The notes: a model not told the origin generated them from the sequence alone. 64,000 nucleotides of DNA from a virus (IMGVR_UViG_3300037071_003200:1-64000), one strand, 5' to 3'. Positions 25,486 to 39,711 are shown, counted from the stretch's first letter. Made by a program: numbers and translations.

Positions 25486-25820
25486 GCTCCCCCGGCTGGT
25501 ACGGACTCTTGCTCGTCGGTGTCGCTGCGTGGCGCACGTTCCAGCTGCTCGCCCACGACGACATCCTTGACCGTCCTCGCCGCTGGGTTCTCCGGATGGG
25601 CTCGGAGTGGCAGAAGCAGGGCGATCCGGTGCCCGACGACTACCGCCTGAAGCCAGCGCTCTTCCTCGTTTGCCCGTACTGCGCGGGCTTCTGGATTGGC
25701 CTGGGGTGGTGGATCGCGTGGCAGATCTCACCCTTCTGGACGCAGGTATTCGCCGTTCCTTTCGTGATCAACGCGATCGTCGTCGGTGGATCGAAGATCC
25801 TGGGCAAGGACGACGAATAA
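25482..25820 (+). CDS. Membrane protein (DUF1360-like, CPYCAGFW motif)
   Basis: GTGA overlap. Two or three transmembrane segments and the motif LVCPYCAGFWIGLGWW. Confidence 0.5.
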   Translation: MSSPGWYGLLLVGVAAWRTFQLLAHDDILDRPRRWVLRMGSEWQKQGDPVPDDYRLKPALFLVCPYCAGFWIGLGWWIAWQISPFWTQVFAVPFVINAIVVGGSKILGKDDE

Positions 25821-25855
25821 GGATGTCGTCCGCAGCCTCCCCCTAAGATTCGCTC

Positions 25856-26083
25856 GTGCCATGCGGGTGCGGTAAGAACGTCCCCCAACTCTCGGCTGAA
25901 GAAGTGGCCGCTCGTGCGGAGCGTCAGCAGATCGCCAGAGAGCAGCAGCTTGCGATGCGTGCGGAGCGCATCGCGGCGCGGGAGAAGAAGCGTGAGGCAT
26001 CGGAGCAGCTCCGGCGCGAACGCCGTGAACGTCTGCTCCAGGTTCGTGCGGAGCGTGCAGCCGTGAACAGGCAGCAGCCCTAG
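25856..26083 (+). CDS. Hypothetical basic coiled-coil protein
   Basis: 75-aa ORF rich in R/E/A. Confidence 0.4.
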   Translation: MPCGCGKNVPQLSAEEVAARAERQQIAREQQLAMRAERIAAREKKREASEQLRRERRERLLQVRAERAAVNRQQP

Positions 26084-27984
26084 TGGCAGTACCTCTTCGT
26101 CTCATCCCGCAGCGCCCACGCAGCGTCACCGCGTCCGCGGTGAAGATGACGCCGAAGACGACCTCGACGTTCCGCACGCGCAAGGGGCAGGCCTGGCAGA
26201 AGAAAGCGTTCCTCTTCTCCAAGATCATCCCCGAGCTCAACTACGCCTCGCGCTTCTACGCGAAGATGCTCACGAGGCTGCGCATCTACCCCGCCTTCCG
26301 CAATCCCTCGGACGAGACGACGCCGATCACCGAGGGCCCGCCGGTCGATCTTCTCGATCGCATCCAGGACCCCGGCGGGGGTCGCTCCGGGCTCCTCTCG
26401 TCGTACGGCCGGCTCATGTTCATCATCGGCGAGGGCTACCTCTTCGGTCGTGACCTCGACAAGCCGACCGAGCGCTGGGCCTTCGTCAACACCGAGGAGA
26501 TCTCCTTCGACGGCAAGGCGATCCTGTGGACGCCGACGTCGTCGGCCGAGCCCATCCGCTTCTCACCGTCGCAGGCCGAGGCGTACAGGATGTGGAATCC
26601 GGATCCCGAGTTCTCCGGCGAGGCCGAGTCTCCGATGCGGGCGATCATCGAGATCGCGCAGGAGCTCGACATCCTCACCAAGGCCGTCGCCTCGACGGCC
26701 GTCTCGCGCATGGTCAACGGCATCCTCAAGGTTCCGGCCGAGCTGTCCTTCGGCTCCGAGGAGCCCGGTATCGACGAAGACCCCGAGGCGAACCCGTTCC
26801 TGGCCGACTGGATCGAGCACATCATCGGGATCATCGAGAACGCCGGTTCCCCCGAAGCAGGGGCACCGTTCCTGGCCGAGGGAGCTCTGGAGTATCTCGC
26901 CGGCCTCGAGTGGATGAAGACCCATGATCCGGCGACGGACTACATGGAGCAGGCGATGCGCCGGGAGGCGATCGACCGTGCCGCGATGGGCATGGACCTT
27001 CCACCGGAGATCCTCAAGGGCATGGCCGAGGCGAACCACTGGGGCGCTCGCCAGATCATGCACGACACCTGGCGCTCCCACGGCGCCGTCGTCGCCGAGC
27101 AGTTCTGCGACGACCTCGCCGATGCGTACCTGCGCCCCGCCCTGCGGGATGCGGGCTTCGATCGCTGGCGCGAAGTGGTAGTCGCCTACGACGACTCGAA
27201 CGTCGTTGTTCCTCCCGACCGTACCGACGATGCCGACAAGGCTCACGATCGCGGTCAGGTGAACGATCCGGGCTATCGCACGATGAAGGGCATCCCGGAG
27301 TCGATGGCTCCCTCCGAAGAGGAGATGCGGATCAATCTCGCCATCCAGCTGCACGAGCCAGCCCTTCTGAAGGGCACGCGCTTCGAGATCGAGGAGCCGG
27401 AGCCCGCAGCGTTGCCGCCCGGCCCCGTCCCGACGACCGACGCGCCGCAGGATGCCGAGGAAGGGCCGCCAGCGCCGGGACCAGCCGGAACGTCTCGTCA
27501 GGAGTCTCGCGCCTCGATCGTCCAGGTCAACGGCGCCGCTTCCCTCGCGCTCATTCGTTGCCGCGAAGTCGCCGGCGCGAAGATCCGTCAGGGGATCCGC
27601 ACCAAGTCACGCGGGGCGGTAGAGCTGGGGATGATCGACGGGATTCCGAACGCCGACGTCGCCTGCACTCTCGGCGAGGACCGGATCAGGGCTCTTGGTC
27701 TTCCGCAGCCACTCGAGCTCGTTAAGTCGGGCACCGACGGCTTCTGCTCGCTGCTTCGTTCCTGGGACTTCGACGACCCTGGCGCACGGGTGCTCGCGGA
27801 AATGCTCCTTGTGTTCGCAGCGAAGTCGCTGTATGACAAGGAAGTCCCGAAGCTGCCAGCTGGGTTCCTCGCCCAGGTGGAACGCCTGAAGGAACTGACC
27901 GAGGAGAAGATCGTGAGTCAGAACAACGATTCCCTGGCGATCATGGAGGAGATGCTCGGTGGCGTCAGGATCAAGGGAGGCTGA
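26083..27984 (+). CDS. Portal protein
   Basis: 633 aa. GTG start (TAGTG overlap). Size and position after the terminase and before the head proteins fit a portal. Sequence is not low-complexity. The call is not motif-verified. Confidence 0.65.
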   Translation: MAVPLRLIPQRPRSVTASAVKMTPKTTSTFRTRKGQAWQKKAFLFSKIIPELNYASRFYAKMLTRLRIYPAFRNPSDETTPITEGPPVDLLDRIQDPGGGRSGLLSSYGRLMFIIGEGYLFGRDLDKPTERWAFVNTEEISFDGKAILWTPTSSAEPIRFSPSQAEAYRMWNPDPEFSGEAESPMRAIIEIAQELDILTKAVASTAVSRMVNGILKVPAELSFGSEEPGIDEDPEANPFLADWIEHIIGIIENAGSPEAGAPFLAEGALEYLAGLEWMKTHDPATDYMEQAMRREAIDRAAMGMDLPPEILKGMAEANHWGARQIMHDTWRSHGAVVAEQFCDDLADAYLRPALRDAGFDRWREVVVAYDDSNVVVPPDRTDDADKAHDRGQVNDPGYRTMKGIPESMAPSEEEMRINLAIQLHEPALLKGTRFEIEEPEPAALPPGPVPTTDAPQDAEEGPPAPGPAGTSRQESRASIVQVNGAASLALIRCREVAGAKIRQGIRTKSRGAVELGMIDGIPNADVACTLGEDRIRALGLPQPLELVKSGTDGFCSLLRSWDFDDPGARVLAEMLLVFAAKSLYDKEVPKLPAGFLAQVERLKELTEEKIVSQNNDSLAIMEEMLGGVRIKGG

Positions 27985-27985
27985 A

Positions 27986-29533
27986 ATGGCCGTCGACACC
28001 AACAAGCTCTGGTACTTCACCGGACCATCCGACTGGACTCCTAACCTCATGTCCATGAACGCCGCCACGGGTCCGGTAATCGCTGAGGTCAGTTCTGCGT
28101 TCCTCGAAGAGGTGAAGGAGGAGCTGGAGAAGCGCATCGAGGATCCTGGGGTGGCTTCAGCAACGGTGTCGTCCAAGTTTGCCGTCGCTGCCGAAGAGCA
28201 GGTCGAAGCGCCCGAAGAGGGCGGCGCGATCTGGGAGGGGCTCCTCGCGATGGAGGGCGAGCCCACCAGCGATCGCCGCTACCTCATGCCGGGCGAGATC
28301 AGCCATCGCGAGCTTCCGCTGTCGCTGATGGTGATGACCGTCACCGACGAGGGTCACAAGGGCGCGCAGCTCGGCGGGAAGATCACCGAGATCTGGCGCG
28401 TCGAACGCGACGACGGTGTCACCGAGATCTGGGGCCGTGGCCCCTTCGACTCGTCCGACTTCGGCCGCGAGGCCGCCCGTCTCGTCTCCGAAGAGTTCCT
28501 GACCGGCGTCTCCATCGACCTCGCCGTCTCGGAGGTGCTCACGCTCGATCCCGATACGTTCGAGCCGATCGACCAGGAGGCGCTGGGACTCGAGGAGCTG
28601 CTGGCCGCCGACTTCCTCACGGGAGTCAAGGGCTCGATCATGGGAGCGACGCTCGTTCCCTTCGCCGCCTTCGAGGACACTCGCGTCACGGTCGTCACCG
28701 CGAGCGCGATGACCGTCGTCGAGGGAGCCAAGTGGGTGAACGATCAGGCCGAGCAGTTCGCGGCTCTGGTCGCGGCCGCGGGCCCGGTCAAGCCGCCGAA
28801 GAAGTGGTTCGAGGATCCGCTGCTCACCGAGCTCACGCCGCTCACGATCACGAAGGACGGTCGCGTCTACGGACACCTGGCCGACTGGGACGGCTGTCAC
28901 ACCGGCTTCCAGGGAGTGTGCGTTCCGCCCTTCCGCTCGTACACGAACTACGCCTACTTCAACGTCGGCGAGATCGAGACAGACGTCGGTGAGTGCATGC
29001 CGTGCGGGAAGATCATGTTCTGCATGGAGGGCAACGGGCACGCCTCGACTGACGAAGGAATGGGGATCGAGGATGTCCAGCGCTACTACGACGATGCGAC
29101 CAAGGTCGGCGCGTTCGTCCGCGCAGGGGCCGATCGCTTCGGGACATGGCTCGCCGGCGCTCTTCGTCCAGGACTGAACGATCTCGAAGTCCAGCATCTG
29201 CGCACGCATCCACCGTCCGGCGACTGGCGCCCGATCAAGGGTGGCCCGTCCGAGCTCGTGGCTGCCTTCTCGGTGCCGATCCCTGGCTTCCCGATCTCGC
29301 GTGGACGCGCACTCGTGGCGTCCGCTGGCGGCGACATCACGGCGATCATCTCTGCGCCGCTCGTCGTCTCCGGAGACATGGGCTACAAGCGGCGTCGGCG
29401 CAAGAAGATCATGCTCGGGATGCGCCTGCACAACGCGCTCGGGGAGCGGCCTACGCCGAAGGCAGCCATCCGCCAGGCACGGATGAAGGAGCTTGCAGAT
29501 TCAGGTAGTGGTCCAAGCTCACCCGTCGCGTAG
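27986..29533 (+). CDS. Head morphogenesis protein (candidate capsid maturation protease or MuF-like)
   Basis: ATG at 27986 with ribosome-binding site AAGGGAGG, 1 nt after the portal stop. 515 aa. The position between portal and capsid suggests the protease slot. Confidence 0.45.
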   Translation: MAVDTNKLWYFTGPSDWTPNLMSMNAATGPVIAEVSSAFLEEVKEELEKRIEDPGVASATVSSKFAVAAEEQVEAPEEGGAIWEGLLAMEGEPTSDRRYLMPGEISHRELPLSLMVMTVTDEGHKGAQLGGKITEIWRVERDDGVTEIWGRGPFDSSDFGREAARLVSEEFLTGVSIDLAVSEVLTLDPDTFEPIDQEALGLEELLAADFLTGVKGSIMGATLVPFAAFEDTRVTVVTASAMTVVEGAKWVNDQAEQFAALVAAAGPVKPPKKWFEDPLLTELTPLTITKDGRVYGHLADWDGCHTGFQGVCVPPFRSYTNYAYFNVGEIETDVGECMPCGKIMFCMEGNGHASTDEGMGIEDVQRYYDDATKVGAFVRAGADRFGTWLAGALRPGLNDLEVQHLRTHPPSGDWRPIKGGPSELVAAFSVPIPGFPISRGRALVASAGGDITAIISAPLVVSGDMGYKRRRRKKIMLGMRLHNALGERPTPKAAIRQARMKELADSGSGPSSPVA

Positions 29534-30146
29534 CGAGCTTCACCCGCCCCTCATAGAGAGCCTCGCGCCGTTGCCGGTCGAGCTCTCGCTGCACTCGTCG
29601 AACCCTCCGAACCCGTGGGCTGGATACAAACTCGCGTTGCAGCGTGGAGTCGAACTTCCAACGGAAGCCACCCATCTGTTGGTTCTTCAGGACGACGTCA
29701 TCGTCTGCGCCGACTTCCCGCTGGCGGTAACCGCGGCGATCGAGGAGCGCCCCGAGCAGGTCTTGAGCCTGTGGGTCGGCGCTCTCCCCGGCCGCACGCG
29801 CAAGGACTTCTGGATCGCCCAGGGGAAGCGAGAGCGCTGGTCACGGGTGTATTTCCGCGACATCTGTCACGTCGTCGGCCTCGTCTGGCCGCGCCCCCTC
29901 GCTGAAGACTTCCTCGAGTGGACGTCAGATCATCGTCTGCCTGGTGACTGCCGCCAGGTTCAGAGTGACGATGCCATCGTCGGAGCCTGGATGCGCCGAA
30001 CGCATCAGACCGTTTGGGCTTGCGTGCCTTCTCTGGTCGAGCACAACGACGACGTCGAATCGACGATTGGGCGGCCAAGAGGTGACAAGGGCCGGAGAGC
30101 GATCGCGTTCATCGACTCCCCAGCCCCTGAGTCACAGCTGACCTGA
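29493..30146 (+). CDS. Hypothetical protein with a DxD-like motif, possibly glycosyltransferase-like (start uncertain: TTG at 29493 or GTG at 29508)
   Basis: ...HLLVLQDDVIVCADF... 217 aa. Overlaps the end of the previous gene. Confidence 0.4.
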   Translation: MQIQVVVQAHPSRSELHPPLIESLAPLPVELSLHSSNPPNPWAGYKLALQRGVELPTEATHLLVLQDDVIVCADFPLAVTAAIEERPEQVLSLWVGALPGRTRKDFWIAQGKRERWSRVYFRDICHVVGLVWPRPLAEDFLEWTSDHRLPGDCRQVQSDDAIVGAWMRRTHQTVWACVPSLVEHNDDVESTIGRPRGDKGRRAIAFIDSPAPESQLT

Positions 30147-30149
30147 CCC

Positions 30150-30620
30150 AACCGCACCAGGCCCAGCCATAGCCGGTCGTGCCATTCCAGACCCCAGCAG
30201 AACTAGCCTTGCCCGACCGAGCCATGCCCAACCCAGCCCTGCCTTGCCGAACCTCACCTCACCGCACACCACCAGACCGCAGCGCAGCTCACCTGAGCGC
30301 GCCCACGCCAGAACGAACCAGAACCCGGCTCACCTCATCACGCCTGACCCTGCCGGACCGTACCCGTCCTTGCCCCAGCCGAGCTCGCCCAGCCAAGCCG
30401 AACCACAGCGCACCGAATGCGACCGCGCCGCGCCCGGCCAGACCACAGCGTGCCTAACCGAACCCTTGCATAACCGACCGCGCCATACCCCACCAGGCCT
30501 CACCTCAGCCCACCGTATCCGACCCTGTCGTACCAGGACCCGCCTTGCCGGACCCGACCCCGACCCACCGGAGCTTGGCCCACCCTGCCTCGACCAACCC
30601 GGCCATGCCACGTCCTACCG
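30150..30620. other. About 470-bp strongly G-depleted (C/A-rich) tract on the + strand
   Basis: Very few G over about 470 nt, with degenerate repeats of CCGAACC/GCCTTGCC/CCTCACC. Contains only proline-rich low-complexity ORFs (30179..30457, 30244..30648). On the minus strand it is G-rich with many GGG runs. Confidence 0.6.
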
Positions 30621-30628
30621 GGGCGGAT

Positions 30629-31267
30629 TCACGCTTCCTTCGTGGTGAAGGAAACAACTGCGAAACGCCCGTACGTCGGCCGCATGTCGGCCAAGCCGAT
30701 CACGCGACCCGCGAGCGTCAGGATGTCAAGGAAGTCCATCGGCGCCACGTACTCGGGCAGCAGCACTGAGAAGTCGAACGTCGCCTTCCAGCCAGCATTG
30801 AAGGCAGGCCGACGACGTGTGATCCCCGCTCTCTGGACGGTGACACGGCGTGCGTCGATGAAGTCCCAGTTCGCCTTGCCGAGCGATGCCAGCTCGGTGA
30901 GCGGTGCGATCGCCGCCTTGTAGAGATCCATCGCCGACTTCCGCGGGGAGCGCGGGTCCTGCCGGAACTTCGCAGCGTTGATCATCGCGCCGTGGACGTA
31001 GACACCGGGGATTGCGATCTTCCCCTTCTCATCGCGGTAGACGTAGCTCTCCACGTCGTCCGTCTTCTTGGCGGTGCTGCCCTTCTTCGCCGCGGCCTTC
31101 GCATCTACGGACTCTGTGTTCCATCGGTGCCAGAGGATGGGCGTCACTCCCTCGAGCGTGAACGTGCAGACGAACGGATACTCGTATGCGATCAAGCCAT
31201 CTGCGCCGGGGCTTACTCCGGCGAGAACTTCCGACTGACCATTGCGTGAGCGGGCCGTCGTAGCCAT
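30629..31267 (-). CDS. Reverse-oriented hypothetical protein (213 aa) embedded in the head-gene module
   Basis: ATG at 31267 preceded by ribosome-binding site GGAGAGGAAGG. It is the only long ORF on either strand here, with high GC at third codon positions. The ORF-track entry 30629..33316 is this gene plus an antisense read-through of the capsid gene. Confidence 0.55.
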   Translation of the reverse strand: MATTARSRNGQSEVLAGVSPGADGLIAYEYPFVCTFTLEGVTPILWHRWNTESVDAKAAAKKGSTAKKTDDVESYVYRDEKGKIAIPGVYVHGAMINAAKFRQDPRSPRKSAMDLYKAAIAPLTELASLGKANWDFIDARRVTVQRAGITRRRPAFNAGWKATFDFSVLLPEYVAPMDFLDILTLAGRVIGLADMRPTYGRFAVVSFTTKEA

Positions 31268-31310
31268 GAAGTACCTTCCTCTCCGCCGGGGCGCTTTTGT
31301 CTGAAGGGGC

Positions 31311-31328
31311 GAGGTGCCCCGGCACCTC
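31311..31328. promoter_or_regulatory. Perfect inverted repeat GAGGTGCC-CC-GGCACCTC in the divergent intergenic region
   Basis: 8-bp arms. Shares the GGTGCC/GGCACC half-site with the 1744-1820 array. Confidence 0.4.
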
Positions 31329-31356
31329 TCGCTGGACGTTATCACTGCTTCGGTAG

Positions 31357-31385
31357 TTGACGCCGTCCGACGACCTGCGTACTCT
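31357..31385 (+). promoter_or_regulatory. Candidate sigma-70/SigA-type promoter for the capsid operon
   Basis: TTGACG (31357-62), a 17-bp spacer, then TACTCT (31380-85), about 90 nt upstream of the capsid ATG. Confidence 0.3.
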
Positions 31386-31477
31386 CCTCTCACCTCGGTT
31401 ACCGCATAGCGGTTCTGAGCCAGCGGAGCTCCATAGGACTCCGACGCCACTGGTGTCGAGTCAGAAGGAGATCCGAA

Positions 31478-33289
31478 ATGGCAAAGCAGACCGAGGTGGA
31501 GTCCTTGTTCCCGGCGCTTCCGGAGAGTCTCTCCGAGTTGAGCGACGACGAGCTGGGCACGCTTCTTCAGGAGCACGAGGTCGCAGCCGACCTCATCGAC
31601 AAGGAAGACGAAGACTTCACGAGCGGCTTCGCAGGTGACGAGCTTCTCGAGCAGTACGAGGTCGGCGTCACGCAGATCGAGACCATCCGTGCGGAGCAGG
31701 AGCTTCGCGTGGAGGCTCAGCAGGAGTACCTCGCCAAGAAGGCCGAACTCGCCGAGCGCCGCAAGGCCCACGCCGAGGCCGAGGGTGAGGGAGACGACGA
31801 GGGCGACGGTGACGAGGGCGACGGCGAAGAGGCCGCACCCGAGGAGGCCGCTGCCGAGCTCGCCGCAGAGGACGACAAGGAAGAGGCAGAGGTCGAGGAG
31901 GACGAGGTAGTCGAGGAGGAGGAGACGAAGGAAGTTGTCGTCGCCGCCGCGGCCGCTCCGCCCGCACCGCGCAAGCCGCTTCGTCGGCCACCCTCCCCGT
32001 CCAGGGAGCGCATGGCGTCCGTCACGTCGCAGGGCGCTCCGCTCGTCGCAGCCGCAGGCCTCCAGGAGGTTCGCGGTGGCACGGTGATGGACCGCAAGTC
32101 GCTGGCCCAGGCCTACAAGGTCACGGCCACGCGGCGCGGTAAGCCGTCCAAGAGCAACTCCGGTGTCGAGGAGCGCATTCTCGTCGCCGCAGCGCACTTC
32201 CCGTTCCCCGAGGATCGCATCCTCGTCGCGGGCGACTACGAGGAGAACGCGGCCAAGATCGCCGCGAAGATCCCGAACTACATCCCGGGCCTGAACGGTC
32301 GGCTGCGCGGAGAGGCACTGGTCGCTTCCGGCGGTCTGTGCGCTCCGTTGGAGCCGATCTACACGATGCCGAACTTCGCATCGACGGCTCGCCCGGTGCG
32401 CGACGCCCTTCCGTCCTTCCAGGCGGATCGCGGCGGCGTCAACGTCCCGGCCGTCACCTACATCGCCGACATCGACACGGCGATCACGGTGATCGAAGAG
32501 GCCGACGACGCCCTCGGAGGCACGTTCGCCACGAAGTCCTGTCAGGACATGGACTGCCCGGCGTACACCGAGGTGCCGGTGACCATCATCAGCCACTGCC
32601 GTGAGTACGGGAACCTGAACGCGATGGCGTGGCCGGAGAAGATCGCGCACGAGAACGATCTCACGATGGCGGCCCACGCCCGGACGAGCGAGACGTACCT
32701 GCTCGACCGGATCAAGGCCCTGTCCCTCAACGTGACCCAGGCGGCGGTCGGATCGCAGATGAACGCGTTCGGCTCCCTGGTGCACGCGATCACGAAGGCA
32801 ACGGCGGGAATCCGCTTCCGGCTCCGCGCAGACGGCGGTACGCGCTTCCGGGCTCTGTTCCCGATCTGGATCGGCGACATGCTCGCCGCCGACAACGCCC
32901 TCATGAACTTCGACCGCTACCAGGCACAGGCGCAGCTCACGTCGGCACTCGAGCGGTACGGGGTCTCGGTCTCGTACTACCTCGATCCCGTCACGGGCGG
33001 CACCTCGCAGGGCTTCGCGGCCGAGACGGCGTCGGCGCTGGACGACTTCCCGGACGACGTGCAGTACGCGCTCTACGTCGAGGGGTCGTTCATCCATGTC
33101 GACTCGGGTTCGCTCGAGCTCGGACTCGTCCGTGACTCGACGCTCAACTCGACGAACGACTTCCAGCTGTTCGGGGAGTCCTTCGAGAACGTGGCACGGC
33201 TCGGGCCGGAGCAGGGAGCCCTCTGGGTCACCCAGGACGTCTGCCCGAACGGTGTCTTCCCGGCCCTCGGGACGGCACTGACCTGCTGA
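31478..33289 (+). CDS. Major capsid protein (HK97-like) with an N-terminal scaffolding/delta domain
   Basis: Strong ribosome-binding site AGAAGGAG. The first 200 aa are coiled coil followed by a poly-acidic stretch (EGEGDDEGDGDEGDGEE). The remainder is non-repetitive and includes ...ASGGLCAPLEPIY... 603 aa. Confidence 0.8.
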   Translation: MAKQTEVESLFPALPESLSELSDDELGTLLQEHEVAADLIDKEDEDFTSGFAGDELLEQYEVGVTQIETIRAEQELRVEAQQEYLAKKAELAERRKAHAEAEGEGDDEGDGDEGDGEEAAPEEAAAELAAEDDKEEAEVEEDEVVEEEETKEVVVAAAAAPPAPRKPLRRPPSPSRERMASVTSQGAPLVAAAGLQEVRGGTVMDRKSLAQAYKVTATRRGKPSKSNSGVEERILVAAAHFPFPEDRILVAGDYEENAAKIAAKIPNYIPGLNGRLRGEALVASGGLCAPLEPIYTMPNFASTARPVRDALPSFQADRGGVNVPAVTYIADIDTAITVIEEADDALGGTFATKSCQDMDCPAYTEVPVTIISHCREYGNLNAMAWPEKIAHENDLTMAAHARTSETYLLDRIKALSLNVTQAAVGSQMNAFGSLVHAITKATAGIRFRLRADGGTRFRALFPIWIGDMLAADNALMNFDRYQAQAQLTSALERYGVSVSYYLDPVTGGTSQGFAAETASALDDFPDDVQYALYVEGSFIHVDSGSLELGLVRDSTLNSTNDFQLFGESFENVARLGPEQGALWVTQDVCPNGVFPALGTALTC

Positions 33290-33387
33290 GAGGACGGAGA
33301 CGGGTGAGAGGAGCAATGGAGATCAACATGAACCAGACGCTCCTCTCACCCGCTTTCACGAACGCCAGCCTTAAGGAGGCGATCTAG

Positions 33388-34044
33388 ATGGCGAACTGTG
33401 GAGTCTCCTTCGGCCTCTGCGCAGTCAGAGTGACGAGGGTGGACGCAACCGGCGTCGCGGTAGGCGGAGCCGGCAACTCGTATGTGACCGACAAGCCGAT
33501 CTCGATCGGGCTCAGCCCGAACATCGAGACCGGAAACACGTTCTCCCTGCGCAACGGCTGCGGGTGCTCGATCAGCCGTTTCAAGTCCAACGACATCTTC
33601 AACTGGTTCGAGTTCACGTTCGCGGACGGAGCACTCGAGCCGGAGATGATGGCGATCATGCTGGGCCAGGACCTCATCGCCGACGGCGCTGATCAGGTCG
33701 GTATGCACTTCGGTGCGGCCTTGGAGTGCGACGAAGACGAGCCCGCTGTCGGTCTGGAGTTCTGGACCAAGCACATCGTTGGCTCGGCCCAGGACGCCGC
33801 GTTCCCGTGGGTGCACTGGGTGTTCCCGAAGACCGTGTGGCAGCTCGGCGACAACACCGCCGAGGAGGACTTCCTGCAGACGGCTCTCTCGGGCTTCTCG
33901 CGCACCAACAACCTCTGGGGCTCCGGTCCCTGGGGCGACGGTCCTCCGGATGGCTCGGACGTCGTCGAAGGTGCCTACTGGAAGACCGACGTCGACCCGC
34001 CATCGGCCTCTTGCGCCAGCGGTTCGGTCACGCCGGGTAGCTGA
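33388..34044 (+). CDS. Hypothetical virion structural protein
   Basis: Ribosome-binding site TAAGGAGG. 218 aa. Confidence 0.5.
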   Translation: MANCGVSFGLCAVRVTRVDATGVAVGGAGNSYVTDKPISIGLSPNIETGNTFSLRNGCGCSISRFKSNDIFNWFEFTFADGALEPEMMAIMLGQDLIADGADQVGMHFGAALECDEDEPAVGLEFWTKHIVGSAQDAAFPWVHWVFPKTVWQLGDNTAEEDFLQTALSGFSRTNNLWGSGPWGDGPPDGSDVVEGAYWKTDVDPPSASCASGSVTPGS

Positions 34045-34069
34045 GTCGAGACGGTAAGGGGGTCGCAAG

Positions 34070-34909
34070 GTGTCCGTAACCGCGGTAGGGCCTGCCCTAG
34101 ACCTTGATGGCCCCCTGCCCGTCGCCCGCCGGCACGCCCTTCTGGGTGCGCCGGGGGTCGACGTCGTCTATGACGACAGTGGCAGGTGGACCAACGGGGT
34201 GAACGTCATCGGCTACCCAGACGGGCCGCCGAAGCTGTGGGAGCCGTGTTCGACCGGAACCTTCCGTGTGAAGGAGGAAGGCGACGAGGCTCCGCAAGAT
34301 CGGTTCGATCCGATCGCTGTGTACTTCCCTCTCCCCTGCTCGACGTTGGGGATGGGCGACTACGACGTGTTCGCGAAGCGTGCCGAGCTCGCGCTCGAAG
34401 CGACGCTCTCGCATGGAATCGAAGAGGCACTCGCTGGTGGAGTGCTGACATCGAACAATCCCTTCCTCGGCGACACTGGTCTCACTGCCCTCGCGGGCGG
34501 CGTGGCTGTCTCTCCGAGCGTGGGGCGCGGGTATCTCGAAAACGCGATCGGCTCGTTGACCGCTCGCCAGGGCCTCATCCATGCCACTCCCGCTGTTGTC
34601 AGCGAGTGGGGCGAGGGTCTGGGCCTGCGCGATGTCGATGAGCTGCGCACCAGGGCCGGGACGCCAGTCATCTCGGGCTCGGGCTACATCGGGATCGACC
34701 CGACAGGCAAGACGGCCTCGGGCGCTACGACGGATTGGGTCTATGCAACAGGCCCGGTCACGGTCAAGATCAGCCCGTTCGTCACCACCTCGGTCGATGA
34801 GACCGTCGATCGCTCTGACAACTCCGTCGTCGTACGGGCGGAGCGCTACGTCCTGGTCGAGTGGGATACCGCTCTTCAGGTGGGCGTCCTCATCGACTGG
34901 TCGCTGTGA
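34070..34909 (+). CDS. Hypothetical virion structural protein
   Basis: GTG start with a GGGGG ribosome-binding site. 279 aa. Confidence 0.5.
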   Translation: MSVTAVGPALDLDGPLPVARRHALLGAPGVDVVYDDSGRWTNGVNVIGYPDGPPKLWEPCSTGTFRVKEEGDEAPQDRFDPIAVYFPLPCSTLGMGDYDVFAKRAELALEATLSHGIEEALAGGVLTSNNPFLGDTGLTALAGGVAVSPSVGRGYLENAIGSLTARQGLIHATPAVVSEWGEGLGLRDVDELRTRAGTPVISGSGYIGIDPTGKTASGATTDWVYATGPVTVKISPFVTTSVDETVDRSDNSVVVRAERYVLVEWDTALQVGVLIDWSL

Positions 34910-34982
34910 GCAAGGAGATCTACCGCTGAGCTCTGGCACTGCCCCGTAGCACGCGGGGCGGTGCCGAGACGCGGAGGCGCTC

Positions 34983-39701
<4,719 letters not shown>

Positions 39702-39711
39702 GAGCGCCCTG

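Noticed and set aside
30629-33316. 895-aa minus-strand ORF in the six-frame track
   Set aside because: Only the C-terminal 213 aa (30629..31267, with its own ribosome-binding site and ATG) looks like a real gene. The remainder is an antisense read-through of the + strand capsid gene (31478..33289), which has a strong ribosome-binding site and a non-repetitive HK97-like sequence. High GC content keeps antisense frames open.
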